A stretch of DNA of 64,000 nt from an uncultured Acidiphilium sp. Lineage in GTDB: Bacteria; Bacillota; Clostridia; Christensenellales; Borkfalkiaceae. Shown piece after piece: positions 1 to 8,041 of this stretch. Positions within the stretch are counted from its first letter, which is position 1. Every line of letters starts with the position of its first letter. The stretch spans positions 20,825 to 84,824 of the forward strand of contig CAZHGN010000001.1 of NCBI GenBank assembly GCA_964532155.1. The letters run 5' to 3'. The translations under genes were made by a program, and so were the position numbers. The notes beneath the pieces are model-generated. The model searched no databases. It worked only from the letters and a program-made list of their open reading frames with translations, and was not told where the DNA came from.

Positions 1-383
1 AAGAAGCGAAAGATCTTGCGTTTCTTTGCATCGTTCAGGCGGGCGGTATAATAGGCTTTTTATTGTACAACACCTTTTCGGCAAGCGCGTTTATGGGCGA
101 TACCGGTTCGCTTTATCTCGGCGGAATGATTGCTTCGGCTTCCGTATTTTGCGGGAATATATTTTTTATTCCGTTTTTCGGCATAATGTTCGTAACGTCC
201 GGCATATCAGTAATTATGCAGGTCGTTCGGTTTAAACGGACGGGCAAAAGACTTTTTCTTATGGCGCCGCTCCATCATCATTTCGAGTATAAGGGGTACA
301 GCGAAAGTAAGATAGTCTTTGCTTATAAGCTAATCACGCTCGTAGTGGGTTTAGCGTGTATTATTACAGTTGTCGGAGGGTAA
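1..383 (+). CDS. mraY: Phospho-N-acetylmuramoyl-pentapeptide transferase MraY, C-terminal fragment (gene begins upstream of the window)
   Basis: Frame is open from base 3. The tail ...NTFSASAFMGDTGSLYLGG...MAPLHHHFE matches conserved MraY C-terminal motifs. It lies directly upstream of murD as in dcw clusters. Confidence 0.9.
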   Translation, partial: EAKDLAFLCIVQAGGIIGFLLYNTFSASAFMGDTGSLYLGGMIASASVFCGNIFFIPFFGIMFVTSGISVIMQVVRFKRTGKRLFLMAPLHHHFEYKGYSESKIVFAYKLITLVVGLACIITVVGG

Positions 384-386
384 TTC

Positions 387-1808
387 GTGTTTTTTTCTAA
401 AACAAAATTTTTCATAATCGGTATTTCAAAAAGCGGCCGTGCCGCAAGCGAACTTTTGCTCGGTTTAAATGCAAGTGTATATTTATACGATTCGGCTCCG
501 ACCGATGAAATCAAACGGCGAATGTCGGAACTTTGCGAAAAGGGAGCCGTTTCAGTTGCCGAGGACGGTGTGAAAAACGTAATTTGCGATTGCGACGTCG
601 TCGTATTGAGTCCGGGCGTTCCGGTGGACGACGAACTACCGGCGTTTGCCGCAGAGAAAGGCAAGTGCGTGATAGGTGAGCTTGAACTTGCATCGCTCGT
701 TTGTACCGCCCCCGTCGTTGCTGTTACGGGAACCAACGGAAAGACTACGGTTTGTTCGCTTTTATACCATGTTTTAAGCCGTGCGGGCGAAAAGTGCGTG
801 CTTGCCGGCAACGTAGGCACGCCGCTTAGCTCGGTGGTCGGCGAATGTACCTTCGACACTACTGCCGTAGTAGAGGTTTCGAGTTTTCAGCTCGAGACGA
901 CTCGCCGATTTGCCCCGCACGTTGCATGTGTTTTAAACGTCACGCCCGACCACTTGTCGCGCCATTATAATATGGAAAACTACGTCTATTTAAAATCTAA
1001 AATTCTTGCAAATCTTTGCGAAAACGAATATGCCGTGCTTAACGCGGACGACGATATAGTTTGCAGAATGGGCGAGGGTGTAAAGGCGAAAAAGATTTTC
1101 TTTTCTTCAAAAAAGCAAACTAACGGAGCGTACGTCGAGGCCGATAGAATATTTTGGCGCGGAAAGGAAATCGTGCCTGTTGCCGACTTAAGATTGAAGG
1201 GGATACATAACGTGGAAAACGCATTAGCAGTCGTGTGTATAGCAAAAGCGTTGGGTATAGCCGACGAAAAAATTGCCGACGGCGTTAAGTCGTTTGTTGG
1301 CGTTAGGCACCGACAAGAAAAAATTTTCGAATACGGCGGTGTGACTTTTATCGACGATTCCAAGGCGACCAATCCCGATTCTGCTCTTAAAGCGGTTGAG
1401 TGTATGGGAAAAAGTATCGTGCTTTTAATAGGCGGTATAGATAAAGGTGCCGGGTACAACGCCTTTTTTAAAAAGGTAAAAGAGGGCGGAAAGGTTCGCG
1501 CCGTAGTTATTTACGGCCGTTCGAGGAAGGAACTTTATAGGTCTGCCGAAAACGCCGAGCTTGAAAACCTTTATCTTTCGGTAGGCTTCGATTGTGCCGT
1601 TAAGACGGCTTGCCAAATAGCCGAGTCGGGCGATACCGTTTTATTAAGTCCGGCTTGTTCGAGTTTCGACGAGTTTTGCGGTTTCGAAGAGCGTGGCGAC
1701 GCGTTTTGCACAATAGTGAAAGAGTTTGTGAGGGGGTTGGAAGACAAGAAGCCGATAAAAGAAATAACCGATAAAGAAATCAACGTCGACGACGATGCGG
1801 ACGAATAA
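387..1808 (+). CDS. murD: UDP-N-acetylmuramoylalanine--D-glutamate ligase MurD
   Basis: 473-aa ORF with the Mur-ligase P-loop VTGTNGKTT, N-terminal IIGISKSGRA and DDSKATN. Position is mraY-murD-ftsW. An acidic ~25-aa C-terminal tail overlaps the ftsW start by 14 nt. Confidence 0.93.
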   Translation: MFFSKTKFFIIGISKSGRAASELLLGLNASVYLYDSAPTDEIKRRMSELCEKGAVSVAEDGVKNVICDCDVVVLSPGVPVDDELPAFAAEKGKCVIGELELASLVCTAPVVAVTGTNGKTTVCSLLYHVLSRAGEKCVLAGNVGTPLSSVVGECTFDTTAVVEVSSFQLETTRRFAPHVACVLNVTPDHLSRHYNMENYVYLKSKILANLCENEYAVLNADDDIVCRMGEGVKAKKIFFSSKKQTNGAYVEADRIFWRGKEIVPVADLRLKGIHNVENALAVVCIAKALGIADEKIADGVKSFVGVRHRQEKIFEYGGVTFIDDSKATNPDSALKAVECMGKSIVLLIGGIDKGAGYNAFFKKVKEGGKVRAVVIYGRSRKELYRSAENAELENLYLSVGFDCAVKTACQIAESGDTVLLSPACSSFDEFCGFEERGDAFCTIVKEFVRGLEDKKPIKEITDKEINVDDDADE

Positions 1809-2949
1809 GGGCGGTAAAAAGGTAAGATTAAACGTCGACGGCACAGTAATAACTGCAGGCGTATTGGCGCTGTGCGTCGTAGGCTCGGTGTTCGTATATT
1901 CCGCTTCGTGCTATACCGCCGATAAACTTTACGGTGATTCTTTCTTTTTTTTGAAAAAGCAAATTGTCGGATACGTCCTCGGACTTTTCGTCTATTTCGC
2001 TGTTCGCTTGCTTAAATTCGATTTTTTAAAGAAGGTGGCGTTTTGGGCGTGCGTAGGAAGCGCGGTTTTGTTATTGCTCGTTTTAACGCCGCTCGGAGTC
2101 GAGGTGTACGGCGCAAAGAGGTGGCTTAAAATAGGTTCGGTTACCGTTCAACCGTCGGAGATTGCAAAGTTTTGTCTCGTGCTGTTTTTTGCGGCTTATT
2201 TTTCGCAAGACCGCTCGCGTGCGGACACTTTTAAAGGTTCACTGCCGTTTATAGCGGTCTGCGGGGTATTTTGCTTGCTCGTAATAGCCGAACCGAATAT
2301 GTCGGTAACCGTATGTCTTGCCGCTTCGACTGTTATAATGCTGTTTACCGCAGGGTTTCCCGTAAAAAAAATACTCGCGATAGGACTTCCGCTTTTGCTC
2401 GCCGTTCCGTTGCTTATCGTAGCCGAACCGTATAGGTTAAAACGGCTTATGGCGTTTGTCGATCCGTGGGCTTCGCCTAAAGGTGAAGGGTACCAGCTTA
2501 TTCAGTCGTTATACGCTCTCGGATCGGGCGGTTGGTTTGGTGTAGGCCTATTTAATTCTCGGCAAAAAATGAGATTTTTACCCTTTGCGGAAAGTGATTT
2601 TATATTGTCGATTATCGGTGAAGAAACCGGGTTTATCGGGGTTGCCGTATTGCTTTTAACCTGCGTGTTTTTAGCGGTGAAAATCGTTGCCGTCGGTAGA
2701 AAAAACGGCTCGTTTTACGCCTACTTTTTATGCGTAGGCGTTGCGTGCGTTTTTATCGTTCAAGTTTTCGTAAACGCACTCGTCGTAACAGGAAGTATTC
2801 CTCCGACCGGTATACCTTTTCCTCTGATCAGCAGCGGAAACACTCAAATAATAACATTTTGCGCTTCTTTCGGGTTAGTGCGTAAAGTGGCTTCGGATAA
2901 TCAAACGAAACGGCGGCTGTCCCATGCGGAGCCCTTGCACGTTTTTTAA
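1795..2949 (+). CDS. ftsW: SEDS-family peptidoglycan glycosyltransferase FtsW/SpoVE
   Basis: 384-aa polytopic membrane protein. SEDS-like segments are QPSEIAKF, LPFAESDFIL and GSIPPTGIPFPLISSGNT. Position is after murD. Confidence 0.9.
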   Translation: MRTNKGGKKVRLNVDGTVITAGVLALCVVGSVFVYSASCYTADKLYGDSFFFLKKQIVGYVLGLFVYFAVRLLKFDFLKKVAFWACVGSAVLLLLVLTPLGVEVYGAKRWLKIGSVTVQPSEIAKFCLVLFFAAYFSQDRSRADTFKGSLPFIAVCGVFCLLVIAEPNMSVTVCLAASTVIMLFTAGFPVKKILAIGLPLLLAVPLLIVAEPYRLKRLMAFVDPWASPKGEGYQLIQSLYALGSGGWFGVGLFNSRQKMRFLPFAESDFILSIIGEETGFIGVAVLLLTCVFLAVKIVAVGRKNGSFYAYFLCVGVACVFIVQVFVNALVVTGSIPPTGIPFPLISSGNTQIITFCASFGLVRKVASDNQTKRRLSHAEPLHVF

Positions 2950-2995
2950 CTTTATAACCTAAACCGTCATACAATAAACCGTACGGCGGTTTTTT

Positions 2996-4252
2996 ATGTC
3001 CGAAATAATCATTGACGGCGGGAGTAAACTATACGGCAAAACTAAAGTGTCGCCAGCTAAAAATTCCTGCTTGCCGATCATTGCCGCTTCGATTGCCGTT
3101 TGCGGCGAAATACTTATCGAAAAAGCACCGCAAATTACCGACATCGAGGTTATGGCGCAAATAATAAAGGGGCTTGGCGGCGACTATAGTTTTTGCAAAG
3201 ACGGTTTACGTTTATATACCGAGAAAATAGATCATTTCGTCGGTGAGCGTTCGTCGTACGGCAAGGTGCGTGCTTCGTTATTTACCGCAGGCGCACTTTT
3301 AACGCGCTTTAAAAAGGCGTTTATTCCTTTTCCCGGCGGATGCAAAATAGGCGAGCGGCCGATCGATATACACCTCGATGCGTTTAAGGCGCTCGGTGCC
3401 GTTGCGGAATGCGGTGTGGACGGCGTGTGGCTCGATGGTTCTAAAATGTCTTCGTGTAAAGTTAAACTTCGTTACCCGAGCGTCGGGGCAACGGTAAACC
3501 TTATATGCGCGGCGCTTTGTCTTAACGGCGAAACGGTTATCGAAGGTTGTGCAAAAGAACCGGAAATCGGCGACTTGGTTAAATTTTTGAACGTTTGCGG
3601 ATATGACGTTCGCATTGGCGGTAATTGCGTTGTGGTTGTCGGACGAGAGGATATTGCGAGCGGTAAATATACTTTTGCGCCGATGCTCGATCGAATCGAA
3701 GCGGGGACTTATGCGCTTGCTTGTCTTGCATGCGGCGGTAGCGTTGCGCTCGAATACGATTGCGGCAAGAATATACAAGCCGTGCTCGGCTTTATAAACG
3801 ATTGCGGAGCGAAGGCGTATTTTTACAACGGCGAACTCATCGTCGACGCGGAAAAACCTATAAAAGCACAATGCGTAACTGCCGACGTTTTTCCGGCGTT
3901 TCCGACCGATTTGCAACCGCAAGCGGCGGCTGTGCTTTGCCTGGCGAACGGCAAAAGCGTGGTTTGCGATAAAGTTTTTTGCGATAGATTTTTATATGCC
4001 GATATGCTTGAAAAATTCGGAGCGAAAACCGTCGGAAGAGCATGCCGAATGGAAATTTTCGGTCAAAGCGGACTTACGGCGGCGGACGTTAGCGCAACCG
4101 ATTTGAGGGGAGGTGCCGCACTATGCATAGCGGCGCTTGCGGCGAAGGGCAGATCGAAAATTTCGAATGCCGAAATTATATGCAGGGGGTATTTAAATAT
4201 TTGCGAAAAAATTAATATGCTCGGCGGCAAGGCTTTTGAGTTGAACACCTAA
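2996..4252 (+). CDS. murA: UDP-N-acetylglucosamine 1-carboxyvinyltransferase MurA
   Basis: 418 aa. The active-site loop FPGGCKIGERPID carries the catalytic Cys. The N-terminal LYGKTKVSPAKNS is typical of the MurA/EPSP fold. Confidence 0.93.
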   Translation: MSEIIIDGGSKLYGKTKVSPAKNSCLPIIAASIAVCGEILIEKAPQITDIEVMAQIIKGLGGDYSFCKDGLRLYTEKIDHFVGERSSYGKVRASLFTAGALLTRFKKAFIPFPGGCKIGERPIDIHLDAFKALGAVAECGVDGVWLDGSKMSSCKVKLRYPSVGATVNLICAALCLNGETVIEGCAKEPEIGDLVKFLNVCGYDVRIGGNCVVVVGREDIASGKYTFAPMLDRIEAGTYALACLACGGSVALEYDCGKNIQAVLGFINDCGAKAYFYNGELIVDAEKPIKAQCVTADVFPAFPTDLQPQAAAVLCLANGKSVVCDKVFCDRFLYADMLEKFGAKTVGRACRMEIFGQSGLTAADVSATDLRGGAALCIAALAAKGRSKISNAEIICRGYLNICEKINMLGGKAFELNT

Positions 4253-4329
4253 CCGAATACGACAACGCTAACCTATAGGTCGATTAACGGGTATTTTGAT
4301 TTTAAAAAAAGATAATTCAAACTAAACGG

Positions 4330-4358
4330 TTGACATTTTTCGTCAACCCATATATAAT
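4330..4358 (+). promoter_or_regulatory. Consensus sigma-A type promoter upstream of ftsQ-ftsA-ftsZ
   Basis: TTGACA (4330-4335), a 17-nt spacer, then TATAAT (4353-4358). It lies ~70 nt upstream of the ftsQ ATG, which has the RBS GGGGAGG. Confidence 0.6.
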
Positions 4359-4428
4359 ATGTTCATAAGTCGATTTTATCGGCTAAAATTCGATATGGCT
4401 ATAAAAGCCGTTACAGGGGAGGAAGAAC

Positions 4429-5220
4429 ATGAAGAATAAATATCTAATTATTTCGCTCACCTGTATTTTATTTTTAGTCGTTGCTCTTGCTTGCCTGAAC
4501 ACGCTTTTTTCGGTAAGGGATATTACCGTGGAATATTCGGTGGTCGGAGCAGACAGCGCCGAAGAGGTCGAAAGTTTGCTCGAAAAATATAAGGGCAAAA
4601 GTATCTTTTTCGTTAACGTCGACGACGTAAAGGAAGAGATCACTTCGGACAGATATTTAAAGGTAGTCGGCGTAAAAAAAATCTATCCGTGCGAATTGTA
4701 CGTTTCGCTTAGCGAGCGCACCGAAAAATTCTATTGCGCCGGTGCAAAGGACGGAACAAGCGGCTACTTTTTATTCGACGATGAGTTCTTCGTTACGCGT
4801 TTTTCAGAGACCTTGCCGAGCGTGAGCAGCGGGCTTATCGGTATCGACTTTATCGACAGAGCAGGCGATTTGTCGCCCGACTTGGATTTAAAAAGGACGG
4901 TGGATTTTCCGCGCGGCACAAACGATTTGATTTTGCGTTGCTTTAATTTGCTTGGCGGACAAGCTCCCAACGTAAGGCGTATAACCGTGGTTTGCATGCC
5001 CGAAGGCGGTAATGTTCGTATTGCGTTAAAAACCGCGGAGGGCGTTACTCTGGAACTTTGGGATGCAAGCACCTTACTCGAAGAAAAAACTGTTGCCGCT
5101 TTGCAGTATTATCTTACTTTGTCCGAAAGCGAGAAGATATGCGGCAGTATAATAACGTCCTTGGTTGACGGCAAGGTTACTTGCACCTATACGAAAAACT
5201 CAACCGGTACTTTTAATTAA
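4429..5220 (+). CDS. Cell division protein FtsQ/DivIB-like (single N-terminal TM plus POTRA-like region)
   Basis: 263 aa with an N-terminal TM (YLIISLTCILFLVVALACL) followed by a SVRDITVEYS...FFVNVDDVKEEI POTRA-like segment. It sits immediately upstream of ftsA-ftsZ. Confidence 0.6.
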   Translation: MKNKYLIISLTCILFLVVALACLNTLFSVRDITVEYSVVGADSAEEVESLLEKYKGKSIFFVNVDDVKEEITSDRYLKVVGVKKIYPCELYVSLSERTEKFYCAGAKDGTSGYFLFDDEFFVTRFSETLPSVSSGLIGIDFIDRAGDLSPDLDLKRTVDFPRGTNDLILRCFNLLGGQAPNVRRITVVCMPEGGNVRIALKTAEGVTLELWDASTLLEEKTVAALQYYLTLSESEKICGSIITSLVDGKVTCTYTKNSTGTFN

Positions 5221-5239
5221 ACGGCAGGGAGGGAGAATT

Positions 5240-6370
5240 ATGCTAAAGAAGTCGGTTGCCGTGCTCGAAATCGGCTCGCAACGCGTAACGTGCGTTATTG
5301 CACAGCGCGGAGTTAACGGCACTTTTATATTTAAAAGCGTTTCCGAATGCGATTACGACGGTTTCGACGGCGGGAAATTTTTCTCTAAGTCGTCGGTGAT
5401 GCAAGCGATTAGTTCGGTTATCGATGAAACGAGCAAGAGTGCTCGCACTCGCATAACCGATTTATACGTAGGCGTGCCGGGCGAATTTTCCGCGCTAAGA
5501 ACTAAGGCTCACACCGTTGCCTATAAATATAAACGTAAAATCTCGGATAAAGATATCCGCGGAATGTACGGCGCGTTTTACCTCGGAAACGGTTCGGATT
5601 ATTTTATTACCGACGTTTCCGCGACCTCTTTCGAACTTGACGACGGTAGGCGAATACTTCATCCCGAGGGTATTCGTACTTACAGACTTACAGGGCATTT
5701 ATCCTACTTTCTTTGTCACAAAGAATTCAGTTTTATTGTGGATAGCGCGTGTAGGGCAGTCGGAGTGAAGAATATTCATTATGTTTCGGAGTCACTTGCC
5801 GAAGCACAATATTTGTTTGCCGAGGATCAAAGGGATTATCCGCGTTTGCTTATCGATTGCGGATATTTGACGACGAACGTCATTGTTGCTTACGGCGGCG
5901 GCATATTGCGCCAAAAAGCGTTTTCTTACGGCGGCGGTTATATTACGGCAAATCTTATCGACGAGTTCGATCTCGATTACGATTTTGCCGAGCTTTTAAA
6001 AAGAAAGGTCAATTTGGGGCTTAGTCTTTCGAGCGGCGATAAATATAACGTGGGGCTTAACGATGAGTATCGTTCATTCCCGGTCGATAAGGTTAATTAT
6101 TCCGTGTGCGGTTGTTTGGACGAATTATCCGGTAGGGTGATGCAGCTTATATCCGACTGGAATATCGTTCCCGATAGGAATTTGCCCGTGGCTTTAACCG
6201 GCGGCGGCATATGCTATATGCGCGGCGCAAAGGAGCATTTATCTTCGAGGATCGGAACGGGCGTTTACGTTTGCGTACCCCCGGTGCCCTCTATGAATTC
6301 GCCCGAAAAGGCGGCTAATCTTGCCCTTCTTGACAGAGTATTGAAGAAAGTCGAGGGCGAAGTTTTTTAA
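5240..6370 (+). CDS. ftsA: Cell division protein FtsA (actin-like ATPase)
   Basis: ATG at 5240 is preceded by GGGAGGGAG. Actin-fold phosphate motifs are VLEIGSQRV, LIDCGYLTTNV and ALTGGG. It lies directly before ftsZ. The ORF-track start at 5165 would overlap ftsQ and lacks an RBS. Confidence 0.8.
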   Translation: MLKKSVAVLEIGSQRVTCVIAQRGVNGTFIFKSVSECDYDGFDGGKFFSKSSVMQAISSVIDETSKSARTRITDLYVGVPGEFSALRTKAHTVAYKYKRKISDKDIRGMYGAFYLGNGSDYFITDVSATSFELDDGRRILHPEGIRTYRLTGHLSYFLCHKEFSFIVDSACRAVGVKNIHYVSESLAEAQYLFAEDQRDYPRLLIDCGYLTTNVIVAYGGGILRQKAFSYGGGYITANLIDEFDLDYDFAELLKRKVNLGLSLSSGDKYNVGLNDEYRSFPVDKVNYSVCGCLDELSGRVMQLISDWNIVPDRNLPVALTGGGICYMRGAKEHLSSRIGTGVYVCVPPVPSMNSPEKAANLALLDRVLKKVEGEVF

Positions 6371-6414
6371 CCAGCAACACGGTTGCAACGACTTATTTTT
6401 TACGGAGGTTAAAC

Positions 6415-7698
6415 ATGTTTGACGATTCAGGCGATATCAGAGTCGCGAAAATTAAGGTTATAGGCGTTGGCGGCGGCGGTAACAACGCGGTTAATCGTAT
6501 GATAGATAAAGGAATTACTACCGCGGAGTTTTTTGCGATTAATACCGATAAACAGGCGCTTATGCTTTCGAAAGCGCCCATTGAAAATAGATTACAAATA
6601 GGCGAGCGTATAACCAAAGGTCTCGGCGCGGGTTCTCAACCCGAACTCGGCGAGGCGGCGGCAGAGGAAAGCAAGGACGAAATCGCCGCTATTTGCGAAA
6701 ACACCGATTTGCTGTTTATTGCGGCGGGTATGGGCGGCGGTACCGGCACCGGCGCCGCACCGGTTATTGCCAAAATTGCAAAAGAAAAAGGGTGTTTGAC
6801 GGTTGCTTGCATTACTAAACCTTTTTCTTTCGAAGGGAAAAAGCGTTCGGCTAACGCAGTTAAGGGCATTGCTAATCTTTCTAAGTACGTAGACACGATA
6901 ATAATTATTCCTAACGATAAAATTCTTGAGGCGCTTCCGCCCGACACGCCTTTTCTCGAAGCGTTTTCTTTTGCGGACGACACACTCCGTCAGGGCGTAT
7001 GCGGCATTGCCGATCTTATTTCCACGCCCGCGCTTATCAATCTTGACTTCGCAGACGTTCACACTATTTTGAACAATCAAGGCTTGGCGCACATGGGCGT
7101 TGGTCGCTCTAAGGGCGAAAACAGAATCGTCGAGGCTGTCAAACAAGCCGTTTCGAGTCCGATGCTCGAGACTACGATCGAGGGCGCAACGGGCGCAATA
7201 CTCAACGTAACCGGCGGTAACGACCTCACTATCGGACAAGTTAACGAGTGCGCAAGTCTCGTTCAAAACGTTATCGACGAGGGCGCGAATATTATTTTCG
7301 GAGCAAACGTCAACCCTGATCTTAACGAAGAAGTTGTTATTACCATAATTGCTACCGGCTTTAATAACGCTAAGCGCGAAGAAAAACGTTCTCAAATGCG
7401 CTATTCTGCTCCGCAAGCGCCGGAAAGACAGCTCGAAAGAGGACTTTATGATGAGTCTACTCAACCCGAACCGGAAGAAAAACCGTTTTTTGCCGAAGCC
7501 GTACAAGCGCAGCAAAGGGAAAGTGTTGTTCGCCTTGAAGAACCTACTCCCGAGCCTTATGTGGAAAGGGCGGAAGCTACTCGCATTCGTGCGGACGAGC
7601 CGTACGCGGACGAAAAGAGGGATGAACTTTCTATGAAAGAACCCGAAAAAAAAGAATTGCCTTTCTTCGTCCGTAAATTTTTAGGTAGAAAAAAATAA
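6415..7698 (+). CDS. ftsZ: Cell division GTPase FtsZ
   Basis: Tubulin signature GVGGGGNNAVNRM and GMGGGTGTGAAP. A long disordered linker leads to the conserved C-terminal peptide ELPFFVRKFL. Confidence 0.97.
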   Translation: MFDDSGDIRVAKIKVIGVGGGGNNAVNRMIDKGITTAEFFAINTDKQALMLSKAPIENRLQIGERITKGLGAGSQPELGEAAAEESKDEIAAICENTDLLFIAAGMGGGTGTGAAPVIAKIAKEKGCLTVACITKPFSFEGKKRSANAVKGIANLSKYVDTIIIIPNDKILEALPPDTPFLEAFSFADDTLRQGVCGIADLISTPALINLDFADVHTILNNQGLAHMGVGRSKGENRIVEAVKQAVSSPMLETTIEGATGAILNVTGGNDLTIGQVNECASLVQNVIDEGANIIFGANVNPDLNEEVVITIIATGFNNAKREEKRSQMRYSAPQAPERQLERGLYDESTQPEPEEKPFFAEAVQAQQRESVVRLEEPTPEPYVERAEATRIRADEPYADEKRDELSMKEPEKKELPFFVRKFLGRKK

Positions 7699-7763
7699 TT
7701 TTAATACAAGCAACGTAAGTTATTCTTACAATTTAAAGCATTACGTCTTCACGTAAAAATATC

Positions 7764-7787
7764 GCCCGCCGAAAAGGCGGGCTTTTA
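7764..7787 (+). terminator. Rho-independent terminator after ftsZ
   Basis: GCCCGCC-GAAAA-GGCGGGC followed by TTTT. Confidence 0.7.
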
Positions 7788-7939
7788 TATTACACTTAAA
7801 AGGTGATTTCGTTTCAAACTTTATGCAGTACCTCGTTTTACGCACTTCGTTAATTCGACTTATTGCGATTAAAAGTTACAAACATTATTATATATAAATA
7901 ATGTTATGCATTAAATTAATAAAAGAAGCAAAAAAACGC

Positions 7940-7968
7940 TTTACATTTTTAACGGATAAAAGTATTAT
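7940..7968 (+). promoter_or_regulatory. Candidate sigma-A promoter upstream of the GT-C-like membrane gene
   Basis: TTTACA (7940-7945), a 17-nt spacer, then TATTAT (7963-7968). The region is AT-rich, so a chance match is possible. Confidence 0.35.
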
Positions 7969-8041
7969 TAAAAAGGAGAACGATGCGTAAACGGCGGTTT
8001 TGCCGTTTTAGAATTATTAAATGCGTTTAGTCGGAGGTATA

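Noticed and set aside
3299-3922. 207-aa ORF antisense to murA. Similar cases are 323-859 vs murD, 17201-17737 vs hslU, 27558-28211 vs smc and 37809-38417 vs proS.
   Set aside because: All lie inside strongly supported genes on the other strand. They have biased R/F/K composition and lack start-site signals.
5165-5239. Longer ftsA start at 5165
   Set aside because: The extension overlaps the ftsQ C-terminus and encodes a non-conserved peptide. The ATG at 5240 has a strong GGGAGG RBS and gives the canonical FtsA N-terminus. The same logic was applied to scpB (30620 vs 30665), tkt (37466 vs 37415), def (63163 vs 63103), rlmN (60446 vs 60434), spoIVB (46668 vs 46713) and the dacF-like gene (48374 vs 48401).
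6592-7515. 307-aa ORF on the minus strand, antisense to ftsZ
   Set aside because: It fully overlaps an unambiguous ftsZ. Its translation is Arg/Phe/Asn-rich low complexity with no motif or RBS. It is a typical shadow ORF.
7862-7872. The 11-mer ATTGCGATTAA is shared between the spacer upstream of the GT-C-like gene (7862-7872) and the nagA upstream region (50699-50709)
   Set aside because: My rough expectation of such a match between two AT-rich spacers is about 0.1, and I recognise no regulator consensus. It is borderline and likely coincidental without genome-wide enrichment.
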